A stretch of 64,000 nt of DNA from Bugula neritina. Its lineage: Eukaryota; Animalia; Bryozoa. Of the stretch, positions 30,701-42,119 are shown one piece after another. The stretch is taken from NCBI GenBank assembly GCA_964035545.1, contig OZ037765.1, positions 16,430,995 through 16,494,994 on the forward strand, read 5' to 3'. Position 1 is the first letter of the stretch. Each line of letters begins with the position of its first letter. Position numbers and translations under genes: made by a program. The notes beneath the pieces were generated by a model. The model did not search any database. It saw nothing but the letters and a program-made list of their open reading frames with translations, and was not told the origin of the DNA.

Positions 30701-33700
30701 GCAATGTCAAAGCAAACAAGAAAAACTGTTGTTCCAGAATAGCTCAATGGTCTAAGGCGATCATAGTCATCCCCCTTAAAATAAAGTATACAAAAAATAT
30801 AGTAAATATAGTAATATTTAGTAAATAGAAAAAGAAATAATTTAACATTACGATTGAAGTCTTATCTAAAACCACATTATGGTTGATTTCTACTTTGATG
30901 TTGTATTAAAAATAAATTGATGTCATACTGAATGTGTTACAAAATGAAAATAATAGACCATGTAAAACTCAGCCAATCAGTAAAGTGCACCAGCTCAATA
31001 CCCACCATTATAACTTCTATAAAATTCTGCAAGTTCAATTGCAAAATGCATGCTTCTAGAAAACAGTTGTGCAAATTTTTTCCAGTGCATTACTTTATTT
31101 CATATCTTAAATTTATGACACTCTGATGTATTTTTCAAAACGTCTAAATTAAGTGTTTATAAAATGCAATTAAAAATTGTATATCTACAAAAATGACCTG
31201 GTATAGTTTTGCAGCTTATTGCATAAATCTTAGCTTGATTTGTTCTCTATTATACTAGTATGAATGACTACTGTTTACCAATATGCCAGCTGTTAATCAC
31301 CGGCTTTCCATGGATCGATCTTAGATCGATCTGAGAAATGTGCTCAGATCGATCGTTTTTTATGAGAGTATCAGATCGATCTTACGGAGTTACCTCCTCT
31401 TAAATGAAAGATACTAGAATAGTATAATTTGCTCACTTATCTGACTGATTAAACCTACTGCTATCAAAAAACAAGATTGTTGCAGTCTAAAAATTAACGC
31501 CAGCTATGAACTATACGCAGCAAATCTTTTAGCGTGAAGTAAATTAGTCAATTTATGATAATAAATTTTAATTTTCCAGCCTGACAGCTTATATAAAATT
31601 AATAGCTGTCTTGCAGATTATTCATAAACTTACAGGATTGTTAGGCTTGAAATTACGCAGCAAATAGCTAATGAAAGTAAGTTTTACTAGCCATTTAAAT
31701 GCTCTTATTTTTTGTACTTTTTATCGTCTATAATTTTATATAATTGAGTTTTTTTAATCATAGTACTGAAAGTCAAATTTTTGGCATTTGAAAACGAGGC
31801 TATCGTAATTATTAAGTAATTTGCTTAGTAATTAACAATAAGTCATCATTTTTATCAGCGGATGACATTTTATCGAACAGTCTTTTTATACTTCTCAGAT
31901 CTATTTTTTGTCATTGCCTTGAGATCGATCTGAGTTTGAGCTCTACAGATCGACCAGCTCAGATCGATGGAGATTTATCTTTGACGTCTTTCCATGGGTC
32001 GATCTCGCTGAGATCGGTTCATGGAAAGCCGGTGAATGAGCCACCAGATTTTAGTACAGAACTTTGATTGGCTGGGTATTTGAATGGACTTCTAATACAT
32101 GCATCTAATAGCCTGAATAATGTACACTCTGTCTACATTTACATGGTGCAAGCTACAGGGTAGTATAATACTAACTTTCTGTTGACCAATCCTTTGTTCA
32201 CAATAGTAAATAAGCTATTCAGCAAGGATTTTATGGCATGTAAGCTATGGGAACTACTAAAGAGGTTAAATCAACTATCACTGCTGCTAATATTGCTTAT
32301 GCACCTGTCCCAATATGGTTCTTTCCCCTAAACTTTGAAATTATTTTATTAAACATTAGTAGTCAAATCATCTGTATATTTATCTGCAGGGGTTAGCAGT
32401 TTACATATTTAGGCAAAGATGTTTTATATAGGGTATTCAGCTATCACCTAAAGTAGCTCCCTTGCTGTTTTGACTTATTTAGTTAAGGTTATAATTTAAC
32501 ATGCGACAATCCTATACTCAGTGGTTTTTGGTTGCAATTTTTTTAGGAGGAGTAAATTAGTTTAACTTATACTTTTCTTGGTCATTTTAAAGCCTATCAA
32601 AAATGACCACCTTATTACTAGTCATTGGCTGATAATACTTCAGTGTTTAAAGTTAGAATGATTCTACACTCGTTGCCAACTTCACTTAAACACAAAATTC
32701 ATTAAAATTAATGTCTTTATAGCTACATAGGTTTAAACCATCTAATAAGTAAAGCAATAGTTGTTTGTCAGAAGTATTTGTTCAAATTCATGAATTTATT
32801 TAAAGCCTTTTCTCTCAACTATGCATAGTTACAACATTATGTAATGCATGTTGACACTCATTACATTCTGTTTAAATGGTAAAGTATTGGGTAAAGCCTT
32901 CAGCTAGCATTTCTTGAAAGTCCTATGGTCTGCTGGGATCTCTGCAATCTGCAGCCACCCTCTATAATTGATGAAGTCCAGTACTTTCATCAAATTTTTC
33001 TCACGATGTTTTGAAGCTATGAAATTAGATCATGTAAAAACATTATGTTCTAATAAGCAGCATAAATTGCGATTTTTCCACACCAATAATTTATGTGTTT
33101 ATAATTCATTGAAAAAGCTTTATATTATTGCTAAACTGTGCATTTTAACTCCTGCAAATAAATATAATATGACTAGTTCAATCTATTGTCCAAAGTTGAG
33201 GGAAAAAAAGCAGTATTTTAGATTCAGAAACAGCCAACTCAGGTTTAGCATAAGCTGCAAAACAAGTTTTTTAAGTTAAGGTATTGGTGATCTGAAGAAT
33301 AGGGTCATCTAAAAAAATGCATTTAAAAACTGTACATGCTAGTTTACTAAAGCTAAATCATTGAATGATTGCTGGTTATTTTCTATGAGTGGAGGAGGGA
33401 GTTTATTATTTGAAGAAAAATTGAAGAAGCTGAAGTAAGATAAAATTACCATGTGATTATATTTTGATTAGGCGTTTATATGAGTATATTAGTAGTAACA
33501 CTATGATTTAGACTTGCTATTACAAGCTAAAATATATACAGCAGAGAGGGTTGATAGTTCCCATAGCTTACATGCCATAAAATTCTTGCTGAATAGTTTA
33601 TTTACTATTGTGAGCAAAAAATTGGTAAACAGAATGTCGGTATAATACTACTTTGTAGCTTGCACCATGTAAATGTAGACAAGGTGTACATTATTCAGGC

Positions 33701-35782
33701 CATTAGATGCATGTATTAGAAGTTCATTCAAATACCCAGCCAATCAAAGTTCTGTACCAAAATCTAGTGGCTCATTACCAGCTGGCATATTGGTAAACAA
33801 TAGTCATTCATACTAGTATAATAGAGAACAAATCAAGCTAAGAGTTATGCAATAAGCTGCAAAACTGTACCAGGTCATTTTTGTACACGCAATTTTTAAT
33901 TGCATTTTATAAACACTTAATTTAGATGTTTTAAAAAGTACATCAGAGTGTCATCAGTTTAAGATATCAAATTAAATAATGCATGAAACAAAAGTTGCAC
34001 AGCTAGCTTTTAGAAGCATGCATTTTGCAATTGAACTTGCAGTATTTTATATAAGTTATAATGGTGGGTATTGAACTGGTACACTTTGCTGATTGGCTGA
34101 GTTTTACATGGTCTATTGGGTTGACTAGAAACTCTAATTGTGCAAAAAATCAATTAAGTTGTCTATAAATGAAAATGAAAAATTGGCCTCCTCTCTTCAA
34201 ATAAAAACATGTAGTACTTATTGCTAACTAATTTTCATAGTTTCAAGTAACCATTCACTTTTGAAAAATTGCACTTCGAAGTGGCAGAGTATATTGAAAT
34301 TAAAAATTAGTTAGCATTTGACAGTCTAGTTTAAAAAGGTAGCAATTAAAATGAAAAACTTCTTTTAACTACTGAGGAAACAATATCAAACTTATGCTGC
34401 ATATCATGCCTTCATAAATTATGATTTTTAATTATGATTCACAAATGCTACCGATTTTTATTATTTTAAGCTACATTTAAGTGCTAAGTATGTTGGTGCT
34501 AAAAGAACTTGTATCTTCCCCCTTTACAAATATCATGGTTATCAAGATTCAAAAATTTCAAAAGAAAGTTGTTCAACTACATATCAAATAGCAAAAGACT
34601 TAGTATTTGCATCATTTCCATATTAACAGAAGTGGATAGAAACAAAGTAACTAACGAGTGTAATGGTTTGGTGAGAGAAAAATCATTATAAATTGATGAG
34701 GATTGATTGAGCAACTGGGAGGTGATGATAGCACAGCGGAGAAATGGCTCTTATGGATGAAGTGATTTTGATGATGGAATGGTGAGTAAAAAGATGGAAT
34801 TTGAGTGAATGATTAGGGAGTATAGCTATAGCAATACATTTGAACTATTTTTACTTCTACAATATATAGAACATTCAATAACAGCTAATTTAGACAAATT
34901 CTCTTTACTATGAAGTTTGATTTACCTTAAATAAATCCATCTTTAAATAGCAATCCATTATCTCAAAAACAAACGGTTTTATTAATATTTCTAGCTCTAA
35001 AAAAAGTAGTTAAGAAGAAATCTGCTGTAGATATTTTTTTATTATCAAAATAGTATATTAATGGTAACAATTAATATAAAACTAAATCTCCAGAAGATTA
35101 ACACTTCACTTACCACATTACCCCGAGTATCCCACAAGTCTACAAAATATGATTGGCCATACACTTCAGCAGGAATAGCATAATTGTCAAATATAGTAGG
35201 TATATACTCTGAAGGATAGCGACCTAGAGTTGCCGTAATGAGCAACACTGTTTTACCTATAAAATATTACAAATTTAAACTATAATTGTAACCAACTTCC
35301 GCAAGCAAAATCATTTTTACATAAAAAATGCAATTTACACCATTTTATAAATGAGCAGTTTCAAAAGAAAAAAATTGAAATTATAATTATAAGCATTTCA
35401 TTTTTATCTTACCATCATGTTCAAGATACTAATTGGTTTTCATCAGGTTTTCATTTTCTAATTTTTGCACAACAAATAATATATGCTAAATAGTATATTT
35501 AAACATACCAAAAATATTCACTCAATAACAGTACTCACAATAGAACTAACTTAATGTAATTATAAGCTTAGTTCCATTTAAACGAAGCCCATTTTCAAAA
35601 ATGGCTTTTTGAAATGACCTATTTTTGACATGGCATTTTTGAAATGTATTACTCATAAGAAACCAGTGTTCAAATAAAAGAACAGCATTAAAAAACTTGG
35701 CAGATTTACCACATTGGGAGGATCCAACACAAACCAATTTTAATCGATCTGGTCCATCATATCTCTCATCACAGCATGGCAT
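21184..35782 (-). CDS. RhoBTB / RacA-like protein, paralog A (atypical Rho domain, proline-rich region, tandem BTB, C-terminal domain)
   Basis: 11 exons splice in frame: 35782-35710, 35256-35114, 30774-30603, 29863-29724, 28498-28387, 24423-24236, 23709-23583, 23384-23154, 22566-22460, 21870-21619, 21429-21184. Motifs: [87 protein letters not shown]; ends CFPF*. Confidence 0.9.
21694..21956 (-). repeat. Homogenised patch 2, copy in paralog A (inverted copy at about 46604-46874)
   Basis: 8 mismatches in 177 exonic nt versus 46698-46874, plus about 90 nt of alignable upstream intron. Confidence 0.9.
22017..22071 (+). ncRNA. Type I hammerhead ribozyme
   Basis: TCTGTG-CTGATGA-GGGG ACAAA TCCC-GAAA-CAG CAG CTG-TC-CACAGA. 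The core CUGAUGA/GAAA/GUC is intact, stems I-III all pair, and predicted cleavage is after C22059. Confidence 0.85.
23489..23704 (-). repeat. Homogenised patch 1, copy in paralog A (inverted copy at 44484-44699)
   Basis: 3 mismatches in 122 exonic nt versus 44484-44605, plus about 95 nt of alignable downstream intron. Confidence 0.9.
24713..24824. repeat. (TA)n(CA)n microsatellite flanking the Sola-like element
   Basis: Directly visible; a second (TA)n run lies at 27675-27745. Confidence 0.95.
24825..27674 (-). mobile_element. Sola1-like DDE DNA transposon (decayed), in intron 5 of RhoBTB-A
   Basis: About 30-bp imperfect TIRs: GAACTGCACAATGAAAAAAACCAGTGATGT and the reverse complement of the right end, GAAGAGCAAAATGAAAAAGCCAGTGATGT. 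Both abut (TA)n. Internal transposase present. Confidence 0.8.
25182..27362 (-). pseudogene. Frameshifted Sola1-type transposase with one spliceosomal intron (26909-26492)
   Basis: [68 protein letters not shown] and [10 protein letters not shown] are spread over several frames. Family assignment is from motif recall. Confidence 0.8.
27894..27998 (+). mobile_element. RTE-clade LINE AP-endonuclease N-terminal fragment
   Basis: Translates [32 protein letters not shown], resembling the RTE consensus xTLNVGTMTGKxRELADMMxRRKVDIL. Confidence 0.6.
30390..30448. repeat. Three 15-16-bp tandem units GTTTTCAGCAATGAGC within short inverted ends
   Basis: Units at 30396, 30411 and 30427; ends CATCCGG / CGGGATG. 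Confidence 0.7.
30952..34117. mobile_element. Pair of about 480-bp inverted repeats (foldback element or two MITE copies) in RhoBTB-A intron 2
   Basis: 30952-31297 plus 32035-32171 is the imperfect reverse complement of 33640-34117; outer ends AATAGACCATGTAAAAC / GTTTTACATGGTCTATT. Confidence 0.8.
31298..32034. mobile_element. MITE with CAC..GTG TIRs and a 3-bp AAT TSD (CMC/CACTA- or Harbinger-like)
   Basis: TIRs CACCGGCTTTCCATGGATCGATC / GATCGGTTCATGGAAAGCCGGTG, with subterminal AGATCGATC repeats. The empty site (single AAT) is visible in the inverted arm near 33775. Confidence 0.85.
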
Positions 35783-36619
35783 ATTGGTTTATAGAATGCT
35801 TCGTCTACACTCTACAACAACAAATCAATAAATAATCAGAGTTCTGTTGGCTTCTTGCGCAAATGAAATATGCAGCAGTTGTTTTTTGAAGGGAAGAGTA
35901 TATATTTTGTGAAAATACAAAATCTAATCATTGTAATAATGAATGTATTATAAAATTATATTTATTAAAAATGTAGTATTTATATTCAACTTAAGTAAGC
36001 AAGAAACATTTATTTATTTACTACTTTATTTATTAAAGTAAACAAATTTTTCAGACACCACTGCATCCATCTTCAGAGTTATACATTGACTGTGATGTAT
36101 ATGTTTCTCGTTCACTTATTCTTAAAATTTATATGAATTACTACAATACAATGTAAAATTTATAGTATAAGATTGCATAATAACAAATTAGTCATATTAT
36201 TACATAATTACTGCTTTCACAATAAAGCCATCAACACCACATTACCTCCTGATCTCACAATCATTAGGATATAATTATTCCATGCAAAAATCTACCAGCC
36301 ATTTGGGTAGTCTCTTTCCCTAATTAAAAAGTCTGATTTTTCCTGATTAAACTTTATCAATAGCATCACTTTGTGCATCATAGAAATTACTGGCATTGTC
36401 AACATTTTCTTTAGTTGCTTGCGTATTGATGCATTATACAACTCTACATCAACTGAGGCATACTACTGGTCAATTGTGCTATTTTTACCATTGCCACTCT
36501 GCTCTGCAGAACTTATGTTAGCAACATGGCAATTTATTCCATCTGCCTCCACAACTTTGTCTGATATTGGTTTTGTGACAGTGCCTTGCCTCCATTTCAT
36601 GTCTCATCTAGCCTTTCCT

Positions 36620-38830
36620 GGTAGGGATTAGCATGTCCATCTTCCTAACCGGGCTCTCCAGGTAACCTGGTCTCATGTCCGTACAACGTTGTTGGAGGCA
36701 CAATATTGTTGCTGTTTGGAGTGTTGTTATACCAGTGTACTATCTCTTCAGTAATTTTCCTTATCCTTGCCACCATCCCTTTTATTGTTTTATAGTTTCA
36801 TCCAGCTACGCCATTACCAGTGTGTCTATATGCATAGCGAAACGCCAGTGACACATTTTAAATAGCCATAAAGCTCCTCATTCATAACAGCAGCTCTCTC
36901 GGTGACCCTTTTTCTGAGAAATATTCTTTTGAAGAGCTTGATAGCATGTTCAGCAGTTTCATTGGCCATAGGAATCCATATTGCAAACTGACCAGGACCA
37001 ACCAGGACCACAATCAATGGCTGTTAAGTACGACTTCCCAACAAAATAGGTCACATCTGCAGCTAACCTTTCTCAACTTCTAAATTCTCATCCTTCTATC
37101 CCACAGGGGCAGCAGGGTCAATTTGTTTGCAAACCTGACAATATTTCACTACTTCTGCAACTAATTTGTCAGGATGCATCTTCTTTACTTGAAAAACAGT
37201 TTTATCACCACCAAAATGGAGTTTCCTATGAAGCTGTTTGATAATTTGATCTCTTTATTTTTGCTTAAAGCAATTGTCATGCAATCTTTTCTTAGCCATT
37301 TTTGAGGAACACGTGTGAGCACATCTGCTTAGCTTTTCTCCAAAAGAAACAATTTTCAAAGTTACTAGTAGCTCATACTCTGATATAAATTGAGTGATTG
37401 TACCAAGTCTTCTTTCAATTACCATTTTGTTTCATTCACTTACTTTTAGCTTTTTAGTGTTTTATAAAATTGATCTGACCTAACCTTAAACACTTGCAAT
37501 GCTAAATTTATTTCAATGCTAAATTCAATCCTCTTATCATAGCCTTTAACTCCACCAAATTAATATGTGAAACATTAGCATCCTGCTTCAGCCAGATGCC
37601 ATCTTTAACAATGTTACCTTCAACTTCGGCACAGTAACCTATAGCCAAATTGCATAAGTCACACCAGACAGTACATCTTTTGCCTGGGCCCACCTCCCAG
37701 ACACCTCTCGCAGGGTTATGAACACATATCTTCTATAACATTTCATCTATCATCTGCTTAGCCTAAGCTGGAATTAGTTCCTGCCTTGATACATTATTTG
37801 CGGGCCTCTTAACATAGCCACATGCAGTTCTCAGCCTTGCCACACACAGAAAACAATTACCGTTTATTTGGATCATTTGACAAAACTGGTAGGACTCCAT
37901 CTCTCTGCCACACAAATAAGCCATCTTTATCCTTTTGTACTCTTAAACCCAGCACTCGGCTATTATTCAAATTCTCTGAATATCCTGTGACTAAGCCATA
38001 TTTCTCCAAAAGCTGCTTTACTTTTTTACTTGCACCACTTCCTCATTGATTCAGATATCAATGTAATGATCAGTATCATCTTTTACTTGATCATCTTGTG
38101 CTAGAACATGACTAACTATCCGTGACATGATCTTTGGTGCAACACTCAGCCCAAACCCCATCTGTGTCATCACATAAAACTGCCCTTTAAATTTGACAGT
38201 TTGGAGCCAGTGAAGTTAGTCATTAATGTGAGCCTGAAGATAAGCTTTCCACAGGTCTAGCAGTAAAACAACTGTTCCCGTTTTCTCCAGTTGCCAAGCT
38301 TTTCTTGGCAAATAGCAGTATCATCCCCAGGGTTACTCTTTATATAGCTATGGAGCTCACAATAGTCCATAACTGGGCGCATATTTTAGGTTTATTGAGC
38401 TTAAGAGTTGCCATGAGGGGTGTACCCCCGTCATATTTCACCTCAATATGCAACTCAGGTCACCCATATAAAATTCATTTATCCAACTTCATCTCATATT
38501 TTTCGAGACAATCAGGTGGCACAGCATACTCTGCAGATCAATTACTTAGCATAGGTTCTTTGTTTTGCCACTTCCATTTTACAGTCCATACACCATTATT
38601 AAATCTTACTGAAAAGTCAGTATCCTCAATATTCAACGGCTCAGTATGAGATGTTGTAACAGAACCACAAAGCCATACATCCCAAGAAACTCCACCATTT
38701 TTGCCAATAGTAACTCCACATAACTGTTATAAAATCAGAAAATAACATCTACACCACACACATGCATTGGCGCTACCAAACATCGTGCTCTTACAAATAT
38801 GTACATCACTTATCAGAAGATCAATTGAAG
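36620..38830 (-). mobile_element. Decayed Ty3/gypsy-like pol (RT, RNase H, integrase remnants); no LTRs found
   Basis: Minus-strand fragments LLDLWKAYLQ, YVMTQMGFGLSVAPKIM..HYID, VWCD..HINLVELKAMIRGLNLALK and HRKLHFG..CQVC, broken by stops and frameshifts; boundaries approximate. Confidence 0.75.
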
Positions 38831-39899
38831 TTCCCCCCCCCCTCAGTTGTCTACTATAGATAACTACAAGGGAAATACTGTGATAATGAGTAAAAGAGTT
38901 TGGCTTATGTCTATAACTTTAAATATAATTATTACTATTAGTAATAGTACAATCAATAATCATATAATTATTATTAATAGCTAGAACTACATTTACAGAA
39001 TTAGTATTACTATTAGTATTAGTATAACTATTAGTTATAAACTTAAAAATTCAAAATTGAATATTCAATATAATATAATATAATCCAAGTCTAGTAATTC
39101 AACTACAATTATGACCATCAGTATCACTGTCAGTTTTAGTTTGCGTCAGAGTTTCATTTTGAGTAATACTTATAAAGTTATATATTAATTATAATACTCA
39201 TACTGATACTGTAAGTGTAATGCTATTAGTATTACTATTAGTAATAATAATACTAATAGCCAATAGGCAACAGCTTAAAGTTAAACTTAAAGTTAGTTTT
39301 AGCTAGTACTAGTAGCTACCTCGTGCTTACTGTTAAGTTTTAGTCTTAATCTTATACTCACTGAACTAGAAATAATAATAGTCTTTTCCAGTTCATTGGC
39401 TACACTAGAGTAAATCTAAAAGTAAATGTAATCAGTTATTACTTTAAAGTGAAGATTAAAAATTAATGTAATAGCTTAGGTTTATACTTAATCGGTATTT
39501 AGTAGTTTTCAAATTGATGGAATTTAACTTTAAAATAAACGCCGAGAACATTGACTTCAAGTTCATAGATTCGAGTTGCGCACAGCACAGCTACCATTAG
39601 GCTAAGCCTATGATTATTACAGATTACGGCCAAACTCTTATTTAGTGATTTACTTTTAGTTTTAGTAGAAAAAGAAGTGCGCAGACTCATGCTGATACTC
39701 ATAATTCAACTTTAAGCTCTAGAGTCTAACTCTAGGGGCTAGAAGTAGGTGGCCTCTAGGCTCTAACGGAACGGTAGTCTTTATCGTAGAATTATCTATG
39801 TAAAGTGATCACTCTATAAATATCACTATCACTATGGTCTTCAAAGGTGATTACTGATTAGTCGAAAGTTATGGAAAAAGTTTAGCTATACATAGCTAA

Positions 39900-40340
39900 A
39901 AATTGAAACCGAAATTAAACAGCATTATTTCTTGTGAGCAGGAAACAGTTTATTTTGTCGTTTCCGACCAGAATGGCAAATTTCACTACTAGTATTAGGA
40001 CTAAAGATGGAATTCCCAGATTATAAATAGAAGTATCATTCGATTGGCTTGTATATATAGTTTATTAACAGAATGATTGCAACCGTAGCTTTTATTCGCT
40101 ACTTACTTTGCCTCCGCCTATAAAAAAGCTTAACAGTTCGAAACCAGTATACATTTTCAATGCGTTGCTAAGACTCGTGTTGGCGAAGTACGCTGTAAGC
40201 AGATGAGAAGAATTCGAAAAGCACAAATTAGATACTCTAACTGTAAGTAACAAAGTATGCTCGGTAGTCAGCTCGATCTATTTTTTAACTAATATCACAA
40301 TTAGTTTCTTGATTGTAATCGGCATTCGTGTTGAGCACGG
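39900..40340. promoter_or_regulatory. Putative bidirectional promoter with non-coding first exons of both RhoBTB paralogs
   Basis: Local CpG enrichment and outward-facing GTAAGT donors at 40106-40101 (-) and 40243-40248 (+). Both start codons are preceded by splice acceptors (about 35812 and 42085), which implies upstream UTR exons. Confidence 0.45.
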
Positions 40341-40846
40341 AGATTGACTTTGAGCTGATGTAAAACTAAAAGTAAAACTAAATCATAAATTATGTTAATG
40401 GCTTGATCACTAAAAGTAAAATCTAATCAGATCACTAATCAGTAAATGTTATCAGTATCACCAGTTTTACAAATGTTGGAGTTTTTTTAGTTTAACTTTA
40501 AAGATTTATTTCTACCGATACTGTCACTCTGCTTATTTAGTGTACAGGCTGAAAAAATTCAAAGTGAAAATTATTGAAAATTGAAATTATTCATCATAAT
40601 GATAACGATAAAACTAAAAGGATAATCGCAAAGGTAAAACTTGCATTAATTAATATTTAATTTAACTCTAGGTAAACGAAAAATAGAAGCCTTATACTTA
40701 TAGAGTTATAGTTATTGATCAGTTTGTGGCCTACATATTCGTAGTGATACTTGAATTATCATAAATTATTAATTTTATTATGAATATGAAATTTGCATAT
40801 TGTGATAGTTTTGTGGGTTATGAATGAAACTAGTGCTTTACATGCT

Positions 40847-41126
40847 TGTTATGAGAAACAAGGCGAGAAATAAGGTAGAGGATAAGGTAGCTTTATTGTA
40901 GTCCGAATGATCCAATAGTCCGTATCCAGCGAGCTCCAGTAGTAGACTGAATCTACACTGAAACTCGCTGGCTTTTATATACACACAGGACAAAGACATT
41001 CCTTTGTTTGCCGAGATTGGAGGCCCGAAATGCCGAATTTGGCATCTCGGCACTTCGGTAGTCCGATATGCCGAGAATCGGCATATCGGTGTTTCGGAGG
41101 ACCGAAGTGCCGATCTCGGCAACAAA

Positions 41127-41157
<31 letters not shown>

Positions 41158-41160
41158 ACA
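40847..41160 (-). mobile_element. Solo-LTR-like element with a CpG-rich multi-hairpin and (CA)n
   Basis: TGTT..AACA ends; on the minus strand TATATAAAAG (about 40981-40972) is followed by AATAAA (40897-40892); no TSD found. Confidence 0.5.
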
Positions 41161-42119
41161 TAAATTTACCACAATATACATCCTCTTACAAGTTATAGTG
41201 GTAATTATACTTGAAGTAGCTTGATCTAATCTATTTTGAAATCTTGTTTTTTTGTCTGAAGTTTAATTGAAATTCGGTTTAGTTTCTTGCTTTGACTAAT
41301 CATTTCATTCACAATGCACCCTTTATAGCTGTGAACAATATTAGTATTGCATCAAATGTACAATATTGAGCTAATTTTAGAATATTTAACTCAAAATTGA
41401 TTTAGCTGCCTTTTATTTTAACTGAAACTCTTGAAAATTTAAGTTATCACAATTTGCACTAACTGTCATTAATGATATTAACTTAATATCATTATGATAA
41501 AACAATATTTTTGGACAGTGGTGGAATTTATTATTATCATTTTAATTCCATTATTGTATTACTAAATTATATTACTTTTTCCTCGTTATTAATTTGTTTT
41601 AATTTTTGAAAATTTACGTAAAAGACCAGCATATTGGTTGCCAATGTGGGATTTAATGTGGCTAGTCTTTTGCGTTAAATTAGAGTGCAGCTTATTTGTT
41701 ATTTTAAACAATTTATATTTTTAAAAAGCTAATGTATATATAGTGGGGCTGTGTTAAGTTTTGTTAACTCAGCACTTGCTGACTTGAGCACTTGAAAGCA
41801 ATGAATTGATTTGTGTCAGCCTGCTTAACTAATTAACCGTATTTGAAAATTCTTACGGACTTGCTGCAAATCATTGTAGTTTGAGCGAGGGAAAAAAACT
41901 ACTCACTAATTGCTGTCAAGTGCATATATTTGTAATATTTGTATTTTAGAGATTTTGATGATATACAGCAATAATTTATTCTAATAAAGTTATTCTCATA
42001 AGCATAGTTGGTATTACTTTTCAACAAATACATATTGATATGTTTTTATTTGGGATAAAATACAAAGGTTGAATATTATTTGCAGAGACAGCTGGGCTAA
42101 TCAATGCAGCAATCAGAAA

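Noticed and set aside
40838-41224. Five overlapping short ORFs on both strands
   Set aside because: By-product of the GC-rich palindrome and (CA)n, which lack stop codons
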